From Marsupella aquatica (taxonomy: Eukaryota; Plantae; Marchantiophyta): a stretch of DNA of 64,000 nucleotides. The position numbers and the translations under genes are program-made. The notes under the pieces were generated by a model. It was given only the letters and a program-made list of their open reading frames with translations, had not been told where the DNA came from and did not search any database. The stretch's first letter is position 1, and each line of letters begins with the position of its first letter. Shown in pieces: positions 1-11,389 of this stretch. Location: positions 8,890,234 through 8,954,233 of the forward strand of contig OZ316894.1 in the NCBI GenBank assembly GCA_973895155.1, in the 5' to 3' direction.

Positions 1-1580
1 CTCCCAAGAACCTAATAATGATCTGTGGATGTTACTGTATAACATCCTACTGTTCGCCCTCTGGACAGTTACCGAGACTCTGGGGAACGGAGAGTTGAAA
101 AAGATAAAAATCAATTCAAGGACAATTCAGTACGAAATGAAAGTTGGTTATGTCCATTCATGCTGGAACAAGGAATGTGAGACAGGCAAAACAACTTGCA
201 GAATGTACCCGCGGATGGAGTGAGTTGCTACACACAGTAGTCGAAATATTGGGTAAGAACTTACGAACTAAGCGCTCAAGGTCATAGAAAGGATTTGTTC
301 AATGTCCTGTGGGGTCCTGGATGCAAGCCCGGTGAAACCCTGTAAACTTAACGAATTGACCAGCAAACCAAAATGCATCCGCGTTAAGACGATCTAGAAT
401 GTCTGAGTTTGAAGCAGGAGAACGGCTCAATTGTACACAGTCAAAATGGATAAACCTCTGAAATTGTAAAAAACCTCCATCCCACAGCCCAATCAAAATA
501 AGGAACACAGGATTGCTCAATATTTGATTTGCGGTCCCATACATAGTGGGAGGAAAGATCATACCCTCCTAGGTCCTGAAGGTAGTTAAAACATTTTAAA
601 CCATCCCCGATGTCAAGTAAAGAATCCTCTGTATGACCTAAAACAAAGAAAGGAGGAAATTCCCTGTTTGGCGTAGGAAAGGTTGCCTCCAGTGTTGGTA
701 CTACCAACACACAACGTATATTTTCTCATCATATATTTGGCATTTGTGAAACCACAGGATTAGAACCTTGCGGAATGACACATCTGCAGGCAAATGCACG
801 ATAGGCACACCAAGGAAACAGGGCCCATAGAATGTTTCTAATCTTTTAGTACCAGAACCGTTTAGAAAAACCCACATTCATGAAGCCATTTGACATACTA
901 CGAAGCATGAGACTTGCAATGGAATGCGACCAGCAATACTGTAGTGAGACGGTCTGGAAATCAAGAGTGATTTGAATCTCATGGATCCAAAATTCCGTTG
1001 GACAAAAGAATGGAAATCTGAACAAGTCAGCCAGTTGGAACAGTCAACATTTGTCCACCTTGACCTGAGCAATCAATCTGATCAGTGCACTTAACTTCTG
1101 TAGCCCGCTCCATGGATAGGATAACAACAAACCCACAAACCCGCATGGTCTGTAAGGAGCAGCTTCAGCTTTGCATTCTAAAACTCTTGCTTGGGAAGAC
1201 CGTACACCAACTTGAACAGCACTGATCTCAACTAAACAATTTAAGGTACCTATGCCTAAATGTACAGGTCAAACTGGACTCAGTCAGTGCTCCAGGTTTC
1301 TTTCTGTTGACTCTTAATTATATAACGCTAAAGTTTAATCTGTGGACGGATGAATGAATAAATTGACTCCCCTCTGACGTTAATCTGCGGGAGCACATCC
1401 CGATCGTTTTGGTAGGCTCCCAGAGGACATTGTTTTCTCGCAAAACTTTGAGATATTATTCTGAATTCATCTGAAAACATGAGCTTACAAAGCCACATTT
1501 AGATGAAGCAGACTTTGCTAGGAGATAAGCAATGGTCACCAGATGCTAGCAAATAATATCAAGTTGACATCTCCTTTTCT

Positions 1581-3062
1581 CTAGGGTGAAGGAAGGAGGA
1601 CAGAGGAAGCGAACAGAGATGAGCCATTGTTGGGTGCCGAAACTTTCAGACCTAAAATTGATGTGAACACGTTGTAAAGCTCCACGTTTATGAAAGAAGG
1701 GACTTTTCGTCCTTGAGCAAACTGTGGCCCATGAGCAATAAAAACCGTTCTCATCGACAGCAATGAGTTGTCATACCCATGTGCTCCCCCGCATTGAGAC
1801 GTACTTAACCTCTCGTACTCAACCTTGAATCCCTCAGCTGGAATTCCAATGATGGGTTGCACGCGGTCGCTTGAAGAGTATAAAAACCTCTCAGGTATCT
1901 CCTCCTTCAAGTAGAGCTCTAAAAATTCACTGTTTTCCACTTTACCTGATGACAAAGCCTCTTTCAACTTCGTGTACACGTTTTTTACGTCCACATCTGC
2001 TGGAGGCCTCAGTGCAAAAATGGCTCCTGTAGAGTCAACCCATTGCGAGTCGATCTCAACCCAGGGCTTGAAGTCCTCGACATAGATCACTTTGGCATCA
2101 CAATTAGCCACCATACCATGATCCCCAAGCAAGATAATCGTCACATCTTCAAAGACTCCTCGCTCCTCGAGCCCCGTGATCAACCTCCCGATCAAAGAGT
2201 CAATCTTTGCAACAGCCTGGGATATCTCTGGTGCATCCGGTCCCACAAGATGTCCCTCTTCATCAGGAGATTCAAAGTACAGAGACATGTAACTGGGCAT
2301 TTCTTCAGAAGGAAGGTCAAAGTATGTCAAAACTGTGTCAACTCTTTGTTCATAAGGGACTGAGCCATTGTAAGCCATGCAGAACTTGGGAGGGCAAGCC
2401 CAAGGATCCTTCTTCACCTCAGAACCAGGCCAGAAATAGGTCGCAGCTTGCAATCCACTTTTGGTGACTGTGACCCAGATGGGCTCCCCCAGCCACCACT
2501 TAGGGTTCAAATTCCCCTGATAAAACGGCTCTGCCAGAGGATCATAGGGGTCACTAAAATGGTTCTCAATGATTCCATGCCAGGCAGGGTACAGACCAGT
2601 GGCTATGGAGTAGTGATTCGGAAACGTGAGAGAAGGGTAGACAGGAATCAGCCCAGACTCCGCTTCAGTGCCATTCAAGCGTAACCTGTCAATATTTGGG
2701 GTGGGCACTTTGTAATTATAACCCCAGCGAAATCCGTCCGAGGAAATAAGAATCAAAACAGGCTTATCCAGCTTTTGCCGCGCTCGAGCTGTGCCCCAAT
2801 TCTGCGTCTGTACACCGGAGGGCCCCCCATCCGAGGCCCCCTCCAGCCCTCCTCCGATGACATAGACGGCTACCACGATGATGACAGCAACGCAGATCAC
2901 AAGACCCAGACTCAAAGTTGCTCTTCCCTCATTAACTGTTGGTGCTGTTTCGATTTCTGGTGGGACTGCTGCATTGTACTGCGCTCTACTGTCGCCATTT
3001 GAGGTCGAGGGCTTTGGCCCCGAATCGTCAAGTAGGGCCTTGCCCTCCTCTTTCATCACCAT
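1581..3062 (-). CDS. Ectonucleotide pyrophosphatase/phosphodiesterase (NPP/ENPP, alkaline-phosphatase superfamily), type II membrane anchored, intronless CDS
   Basis: Motifs LILISSDGFR, SLTFPNHYSIATG (catalytic Thr), PDEEGH, LGDHGM and GAHGYDN are present, with an N-terminal TM helix (LGLVICVAVIIVVAVYVIGG). The listed ORF start at 3152 is TTG; the first in-frame ATG is at 3062. Confidence 0.93.
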   Translation of the reverse strand: MVMKEEGKALLDDSGPKPSTSNGDSRAQYNAAVPPEIETAPTVNEGRATLSLGLVICVAVIIVVAVYVIGGGLEGASDGGPSGVQTQNWGTARARQKLDKPVLILISSDGFRWGYNYKVPTPNIDRLRLNGTEAESGLIPVYPSLTFPNHYSIATGLYPAWHGIIENHFSDPYDPLAEPFYQGNLNPKWWLGEPIWVTVTKSGLQAATYFWPGSEVKKDPWACPPKFCMAYNGSVPYEQRVDTVLTYFDLPSEEMPSYMSLYFESPDEEGHLVGPDAPEISQAVAKIDSLIGRLITGLEERGVFEDVTIILLGDHGMVANCDAKVIYVEDFKPWVEIDSQWVDSTGAIFALRPPADVDVKNVYTKLKEALSSGKVENSEFLELYLKEEIPERFLYSSSDRVQPIIGIPAEGFKVEYERLSTSQCGGAHGYDNSLLSMRTVFIAHGPQFAQGRKVPSFINVELYNVFTSILGLKVSAPNNGSSLFASSVLLPSP

Positions 3063-5279
3063 ACTTAGTAGCTCAATCTCCCCGGCTGCACTTCCTCCTG
3101 CCACCTTGCTGCCTCCTTCCCACCTACTTACTATCTGTTGCCCTTCCAGCAAGCCCTGTCCTTAACCCCCACTCTTGATATCACTCTGAAAATTCCTCTA
3201 TCCACAGACTTGCCACAACTGCATCAGAGCCAAACAATTTGATCATTTAGATTCAGATCAACCCACCAGCTTTCAGTTGCATCAGTATCTCTGTGCTTCC
3301 TGGGAGTGATTTGCGAGGTCGTAGCAGAATGGATCTCTGTGCAGCAAACAGCTCCTGAGGCAAATCTTTAGTGTCGGTCTCTCTGTTTTTTGCTCTGTTA
3401 GTGGTCTGTTCTCCTTCTCGTAAGCTCGTATCGACGCAGGAGTGACTCTACTAGTGAAGCCCACCGACAAAGGATTGAGAGTTTCTCAGGAGCTCGATGA
3501 TAAAGCATGAGAACATCCCGCGCAATGGAGACGAATTCAGACACTCAGAGCAAAAGCCTGACAACTCAGAGTACCGGTAAGTTGAACAGAAAAGGGTTTA
3601 ATACAGACCTCTATTACCTTTCTTTTTCAAATACTCCATACTTACCCTTTCGTTGGGTATAACTTTCTTCACCAAACGAAACGAAGTGAAGTTAGTCGTG
3701 GTTACTAATTGTGGTGAGATCTAAAAACTGGACCTGTAAGGTCCTTCAAAATATTATTATTAGACAAGCCAAATTCTCATGCTTTGAGATTACCAAGGGT
3801 AAGGGTGAGGTGGCACTGACGACGAGGCTAGGCAAGGCACAGAGGGCAAGGGTGACACACTGATGGTGAAGCAGATGGCACGAGGGGAGGTGTTTTTGGC
3901 CGATCAAACGGTGACAACAATACAAATTCAGTAAATTGTTAGGATTTCTTCCTGCCCAATAGACAATTGGCCAGAATGGGTGGGATTAGATATTATAGTG
4001 TCTGGAGTAATGAGAGCTACCAATCAATAGCAGCACTTGGTTTAAAGCATGAGCAAGGCATGATAGGTAGGAGGAGGGAGAGAAAGAAATTCAGTTGTCT
4101 AGCCACTAAGGCACTCTTTGGTCAGAGGCCTGGTCACAATTGTAAGAGTGAAACAAATACTATTCTTTCTACATTCCGCAGTGCATAAATGTACCATGTA
4201 TAACGCATAGCATGAATAAGCGCAAGCTGATCATTTTAGTCCTGCATAAAAGTGCAAGCTGATAAGTTTAGAGCTGTGTACTTAAATAAGTGTGAAACCA
4301 ACTATTTTAGCACTGCCTAATGTGACCAAATACAAGCCGACCATTTTCCCCAAAACTCTCCGGCAGTTTTCTTTGTAATTGCACCAAAAAATACAGTTTT
4401 CTAGTGCATGAGTGCCGTTCGTAAGCGACAACCATAAAAGCCCAGACCAAGGATAAGTGTATACCTTAGTATATGAACTGAAAAATGCCTTGTTTTTTAA
4501 AGTACATGAATGCTGTCCCTAAGCAACAAGTATAAAAGTGGGTATAAAAGTAAAGACCATGGATAATTGTATATATGCATTTACCTACATGCCCATAACA
4601 TACACAATGGCCATTTATTAAGAAGTGCAGGGGACAATTACACAAGGAGTTTCATACACTTATCCAGTTTCAATTGTGCAATATGAGGGCTAGCCAGGGG
4701 TATTAGGAGTCCGATATGTGTGACCGGACAACACATATTGGGAACTGCTTAAATGATTTTCCATGCCAACTAGGGTTCTCAACCTTCCAAGATAAATGAC
4801 CAAACTGAGCTGTTTTGTATATATGTGATGGGAGAATGAACATAAGTGTTGCCAATGCTGTGGGAAAAGAACCCGAGAAGATACAGAGAACAGAGGTAGA
4901 AAGAAAGGGTTGTCCACCTTAGTTAGGCATTTAAACAGTTGTTCATTTATTGTTTGTCCCACTGAAAGCCTTTGTCAAGAATACTACAATAACAAGCGCA
5001 AATGGGAAAGAATAGAGGAAACACCCAGTAAATTTAATTGATTTTAAAGGGTTACCATGGCTTCACTTCCACAAAAAATGGCCAAGGATAGGGTTTCTTT
5101 ATTGGTTTGAAGGGAAGACTTAAGGATTTTTGTAGAAAAACAATAGGGTCTTTTAAATTTAATTTTGAGACTTATAAGAACATTAGGGTCTTTCTAACCA
5201 ATTTTTAGAATATTCCAAGAATATTCCAACTTTAAAGGGGTTGAAATTTGTTTTAAAAATCTTACATTTTAGGGGGTCC

Positions 5280-6834
5280 AAGGCCTAAAAACGTCGAAGG
5301 GGGTGGGGAGGAGTGGTGGACCTAGCCACCCAGCGCCCTCACCAATCCCAGCACTCACGCCGAAGTGCCCCTGGTGCCCGAACGCCTCCACGGAATACCT
5401 CAAGCAAGCACCCTAGTGCCCCTTGCACCTCCAACGGCCCCTCCCATACAAAGCCGCACTTGCTCTCCTACACGACCGCTACTCAACGGTCCTCACTGTC
5501 TGCACAAGCCACCACGTACCTCGGTAAGTAACCCTTCAGGATCTAGAACTCGCCAAGTCTAGCATCCTAACTCAAGCTCAACAGACGTTGGTAAATAGGT
5601 CAACGATAGGTCCTCCCGATGCCATAAACCGGAACCAGAACCCACGCCCATTGTCCGTCCAGGACAACTCTTTCCTTGGGCGCAGCCCGGGTTCCCCCTC
5701 GTACCTATCCATCACCAACTGACCGCCCTGACCTCAGGACATGCTCATGGCCCAAATAGCGTAGCTTGTCCTAAAGCTTGTCCCAAACTTGTCTCAACAC
5801 GCCGGGATCAGAATGGCCCCGACTCTAACACCAACTCCCGGTTCGCCCCACTGATGGTCCAGGGACCTAGCGCCCTGGGGTCTCAGCCTCCATGCCTACT
5901 TGGCCTTGCCTCCCCAACGCAAGCTCACTTGGGAGGCTGAACGCGGCTTGGCTGTTGTTCGGCAGGATTTGGCAAATGGGCGAGCTAACACCCGTAAACC
6001 ACGAGAACCCATGGCACCCCCAGACCCAGCTGAGCTCAGGAGGGCGTAGCCCTTCACAAGAGCTTTCCAACGCACCTAAGAAGTCTTCCAACGGACTTCC
6101 TGTTGGGAAGATATCGCCGTTTCCGTTTGGTGGTTTCCCTTAGTGTCGCGACCGTCGCGGCTCACGACTTCGGCTCGCCTTTAGCCCCCAGGGAGACACC
6201 ATTCCCCTCATATATGCTTCTGGAGACCTGCCACCCCCGGACCAGCTTTGGTCCCTAAACATTTGGCCCCCAACCCGGATCCCATCGCGCATAATGGGCG
6301 CGCCACCAACTGGCAACGCCCATAACTTTCTTGACAGGCATCCGCAAGCGGAGTGCCTTAGCCCGTTGTGACCGGGCCGACCCAGTGCTCATGCCTAGGC
6401 CCTCAGGTCTGATCGCCGCTCGGGGCCCCCGACCGGCCCAACCCGGCTCGGGCCACAACTTGCGCCCCAAGCATCCGTTGCCAATGGCGTCAACTCCATT
6501 GGCCTTGGGCCCAAGAGGAGCTCACTTCCAAGCCCTCAGAACTCAAAGCCCATCCGACGGTCCGGACGGCCATCCATGAGCCCGGCCCATTTCCCCTTGA
6601 CCCAACCAGCCATAGGCTAGTCCAAGTCCTTAGTTTGTGTCCCCAGCTTGGCCGCTTGCCTCGCCAGTGCCACGTCTCATTGCCCACAAGTCTCCCCATG
6701 CTAAGTCCTCCCCGGATGGCCTATCCGGGCCTGGACCATAAGGGAGCTCGGCGTCGGAGTCAGCGACGCCGGAGCTAAGTGTTAAGGTAGTCGAGTTCCG
6801 CGACTGGAGGCATACATATAGTGAGACCCCCGAG
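5280..6834 (-). mobile_element. Orphan terminus and GC-rich subterminal region of a P-like DNA transposon
   Basis: 6815-6834 is the exact reverse complement of CTCGGGGGTCTCACTATATG, which also starts the transposase-bearing insertion at 54065. A GC/CpG-rich block lies inside it. The left boundary is approximate and no partner end was found. Confidence 0.6.
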
Positions 6835-9647
6835 CATGGATTCAGCTGAACGCGTTGGTTATGACCATTACAAGTGAAGTGTTAGCTTCAAAGGCAACAC
6901 TTGATGGTCTCCCTCACCAAGCACTCCTATTCATTCAGGTCGAAGGACAATATTGAGGTTCATTAGTGAGCCTGGCATACTTATTGCCCGGCCCCTCTCA
7001 GCTGCCTGCAAAAAGTGGATGATCACACTTTACTAAGTGTCAAAAGTTCTGAATGAACCCCATTTTTGGGTGCGGTTTGTGTCAAAAGTGGACACCTCAA
7101 ACAGGATTCAGACTCTCCACCTACCCTGCCCCACTTAGCTGGTCTGCCAGTGCACCTCCTAAACATTCATATCCTTTCAAAACTAGCATTGGTATCTAAC
7201 TAAAAAAGATGAAAACATTAAAATTAGCGCAGGCCACTCTAAGTACTGTAGTAAGCATAGTGGAGTGTGAAGTGGCACCCATTGGTTTTTAATTTCAATT
7301 TGGAAGAGCAAGTTTGTAGTGAAGGATATGAAAACAGCAGAGAAGGACTCTCCTTGGTGACTTCAGGGGCGTGTGGCTGCTTGACACGGCTGTGGCCCCT
7401 GTGTGTTGTCTGTCTGGCCCCTTGGGTTTCCTGTTTTCTTTGCTCCTTCATGTAGTACTGCTGGATTTTGCTCCAAGTGTCTTTGAATACCTTGGGCGCA
7501 CTGTGGCCTTTGTCTAGAAAACAAAATTCACACTTTAATTCAAGGTATGATTGCCTCCAGGACACTCCAACAACTCATTTGTTATGAAATGACTTTATGG
7601 ACTGCCCAAATATGTCCTTGGTGGACTAGCAGCCCAATTGTGGAGAGGGATGAAGTTGAGACCACTGACATTCCTGTTTATGATTCAGTAATAGCATGTT
7701 TGGAGACCACAGAGGAGCTGAGCAATGAGGGGATTGATGGCAACATGGTGTATCTGGTGATTGCTTTAATATGCCCCGATAAAGAAAACTTACAGCCATA
7801 AGACCTAGCTAAAGGCAGTGCTGTGACACCCCATATTGGACTTCCATCTTCCCCCAAATACAAAAACCATGGCCTTCTATTTGAATATTGCACCCTGGTG
7901 GTTAATTCAAATTTTTGCATGGATCACCTAGGGCCTTGTGTATGGGTGGACAACATGACTATTCAGGCTTGTCCAAATAGTAGTGGGAGCATGGGAAACC
8001 TCTGCAGATGCTCTTTAAGAGAAGGAAAGAGTATTCTTGTTATTTATTCAATGCCAAATGTTGACTGCCACCTAAATGAAAAGCATGTGAATGTAAAGTA
8101 CAGCACAGGATTTACTTTGATGTCAAAGTTTGGCATAGTGTGTGTGGGTGTGGGGAAAAGTGGAAGACCTTAACAGCAAAGCTGGCAAAGCTCGACATCA
8201 AATTAGCAATTTACATTCACGGTCGTGTACAGTAAGAGAAAAGCCAAGAAATTGGACACCTGCGGGGGACATCGGATTGGCTTTATCAACACAATTTGTC
8301 AGCAAGTTGAGTGTCACTCGTTACACCCTTGACTACAAACATATGGCCATGTTTGAACCGATATTCCATCCTTTCCACCGACAAAGTTGGAACAGAGTCC
8401 TTGACTCCTGTCTGCAACGAGCAGAGGAACCTGAGTGGCAAGATTTAGAGACCACGTGGTTCCCTGCTATCCACAATTGAGTAACAGTGAACAGCAAGCG
8501 TGAAGAAAGCTGCACAGTCGTGTCCAAAGCAAGTCTGTGTGACCAGAAACAAACACCTTCAATCTAGCACCAAGAAAAAAAAGGACGCCATTTCATCAGC
8601 ACAGATCCAGACACACAACCATCAGCAAGTCTTAGATGGTGAGAATTTCAACTCACAATTGTGTTCTGAAACTAATGTTCACAATCTCACAATGGTGAGG
8701 ATTTCAGCTCACAGATTCAAGAACATCTGTGTCTCGATGTCAATCGCGTGTACTTACACAATCACTAAAATCAGCACTGCAGTCCGACTGAAACATGAAC
8801 CAGTCATCAGCAAATATTTGCAGCTAAGTAAGGGGTCCGAACTCTCATGACAGGAATCCAGATGATGCCACGTCCGTGGGAGCATAAGAACATTGTACTT
8901 CGAATCAAGAAGATGGAATGAAATCGTGGAGCTCTTAGGATTGTATCTCCGAATAATCTGTTCCTACCAAAACAGCTGTGGTGAATCCAAGTAACTTCTA
9001 ATAGAAGCTGGCTTGCGTTCAAGCTTGCCTCCCCATTTCAAAAATGGAGTGAGTGGTCTACTCACTGCCAATTGGGGTAAGGCACTCTCGCTACCACTGA
9101 CCTATACCTACGAGACAAACTATTAACATCTCCAAGTGTTATGAACATTTCCCTCACCCTCCATGAAGGAGCCATTCTATACAGTTTACAGGCTATAATA
9201 CACACGGGAAGACTTCATTATCCTACACATTGTCAGGATTTTGCTAAACCGAAATAAAACACTGCTCAACCAAATCTGGAGATCAAGCACCCCTTCTGCT
9301 TATGTCGTAAATGACGAGGGCATTGCACCCATGAAGCTTTCAGTCTCTAATTTTCAGTTACTCCGTCTTACACGCCAGATTACCAAGCTTAATTATTGGG
9401 TTGACGGGGCAGTCACGTGAGATATCTTTCATGACCGTCGAAGACATGGGGACAGTTGAGAAGATGCAGACCATCAGCGTTCTACCAGCAGCCAATTGCG
9501 TGCATCTACAGATTGAGCAGATGGATCTCTGTTGATTCTCTGGTAAATTTGCCTTGATGTCTACTTCCAGGGTCGTAGTGTAGGAGCAAAGAAATCCAGA
9601 TCGACAGATGACATCATGAAGATACAGAGAAGCTTAGTATCTTTCTA

Positions 9648-11389
9648 TCATTGATACTCGATATGATCAGTACTTCTGTCAATGACAGGTGTATCTGTGA
9701 TTTCAGTGGTCAAGGAGTTCGCCGTGGGCCCACTTAAGAATTCACCAAATGAAATCGTCAACAACCTTGCTCCATTGCACACATCATATACCATTAGTCC
9801 CACTTCCCCTCCAAGCCAACTTCCAATGTGGCTTCCCAAGAGGAACCCAATCCGGGGTGATGGCCAGCCTAGTCTTTGCTCTCCCAGATCCCCTCCGGCA
9901 TAGGTGCCGATTAAAGTCCCTACCCCTTTCAGACTCCCCTCAACAAATGTGCCTCCGTAGTATAGAACCTCGAAAAAGTCCCAAGCCCCTGAAATGAGAG
10001 GTCCTGTTATGCGCTTGTGCTTCCGAGAGGCTAGTCGGCCAGCTTCTTTCCCCAATCTGGCGGCCTTCTCCCGGGCTGCGTTGATGGCCATACCATCAAC
10101 GATACCCTTGTTCAACGCAATGTCGTATGCCCGTTGTCTGGCTTTCTCCACGTAGGATCCCTTTATATTGAATGTGTAAAGTTTTACCAACTGCTTGCCA
10201 GCACAAGCCAGGGATCCAGTCCCCATGTCGAGGCAATCTTGCCAAGACAGGTCCTCTGTCCCGGACAAGTTATCTGCTCCAAGTGCTTCCCTAGACATTT
10301 GTGCTGCACAGAAGAAAACGCAGAGTGGGTTAGGTCACCTACAGAAACATGCAAGTAGGAGTTTTTGTTATACTAAACAATCCTCACACTTGTGGCCAAA
10401 GCAAGTCCAGATTGAGGATGATTCTCGAGAGACGAACGGTCTCAATCACGAGGGTCTTATTTATATATTGAAGCCTAACGTAGTTCGAATTTTTTTGAGA
10501 TCGAATTCCCAGTTGGAAGAACTCAATATACGTGATTGACATCTTGAAATCGGGGAAGAGGAAGGCTTTCCCGACCCAGTACCCTGGAACTGTGACTCCA
10601 GGCGACCGGGGACCACAGGGATCAACGGATTTCAAGGCCCAATGCGAGAAAACAAACAAAGGTGACTCGCAGGTCCATAAAGTTAATAAACATTCGAGAA
10701 AAAGAAAAGGGTGGGAGCGAAATTAGAAACTTTGGCAAAGGAATGGGACACCCATGAAGGAACGTACAGAGCGACTCCTCAACCCCTCAACAGCACTCGT
10801 GACACCCAATATCTACAATTAGGCCCCTTTAATGTTCATTTAAGGATATGCTGGTACCATTGTCGATCTTCAATGCAGAAACACAATTGAATTGCACAAA
10901 GTAGGTCCTACCCAAATTGAACAATCGAGTCCTAACTTCACTAGAATTAGCAGCCATGCAAAAAGTCAGAATTCGGTCACTACAGATCAAGCCATAAGCT
11001 TTTCAAAGGATGACAGCGCAGAGATTTAGACCCAAGACCGCTCACGGGGAACCCACGCGTGTTCCACAACGATAGACATAAGAGAAATATTAGTGCCGAG
11101 GACTGACAATTCGTGCGACAAGTGGATCGACGGTCCAGACAAATTCCAAACAGACAACGGAGTGACAAAAAAGGACCAACGACGAACCAAAGCCTAATGA
11201 AGAGTGAGCCCCTAATCAAATACAGACCGCCCGAGACAGACGACTTCCTTCTCACCAGAGAGAAGACAGTAATTAATTGTGCAGTTCAAAGAAAGAACTG
11301 GTCGCGAAGTTTCTACCTGACATGTAAAGAAGGGCCACAACAAGCCCAGTGAGCATGAGCTTGATTGAAACCAGAGTTGCCCCTGCCAT
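9648..11389 (-). CDS. Plant protein of unknown function with signal peptide and C-terminal glycine zippers (2 coding exons, ~242 aa)
   Basis: Exon 1 (11389-11317) encodes MAGATLVSIKLMLTGLVVALLYMS followed by G|GTAG. The acceptor ttttcttctgtgcag precedes exon 2 (10303-9648) and joins in phase (G+CA = Ala). Body contains GPLISGAWDFFEVLYYGG...GTLIGTYAGG...GSHIGSWLGGEVG. Confidence 0.8.

Noticed and set aside
299-710. Two overlapping minus-strand ORFs that could be one frameshifted CDS
   Set aside because: No recognisable motif or splice structure.
5313-6699. Cluster of short ORFs in the GC-rich block
   Set aside because: Expected by chance at high GC; no protein-like motifs.
7547-8173. Two same-frame plus-strand ORFs separated by one stop
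   Set aside because: No identifiable domain; probably decayed TE sequence, but unsupported.
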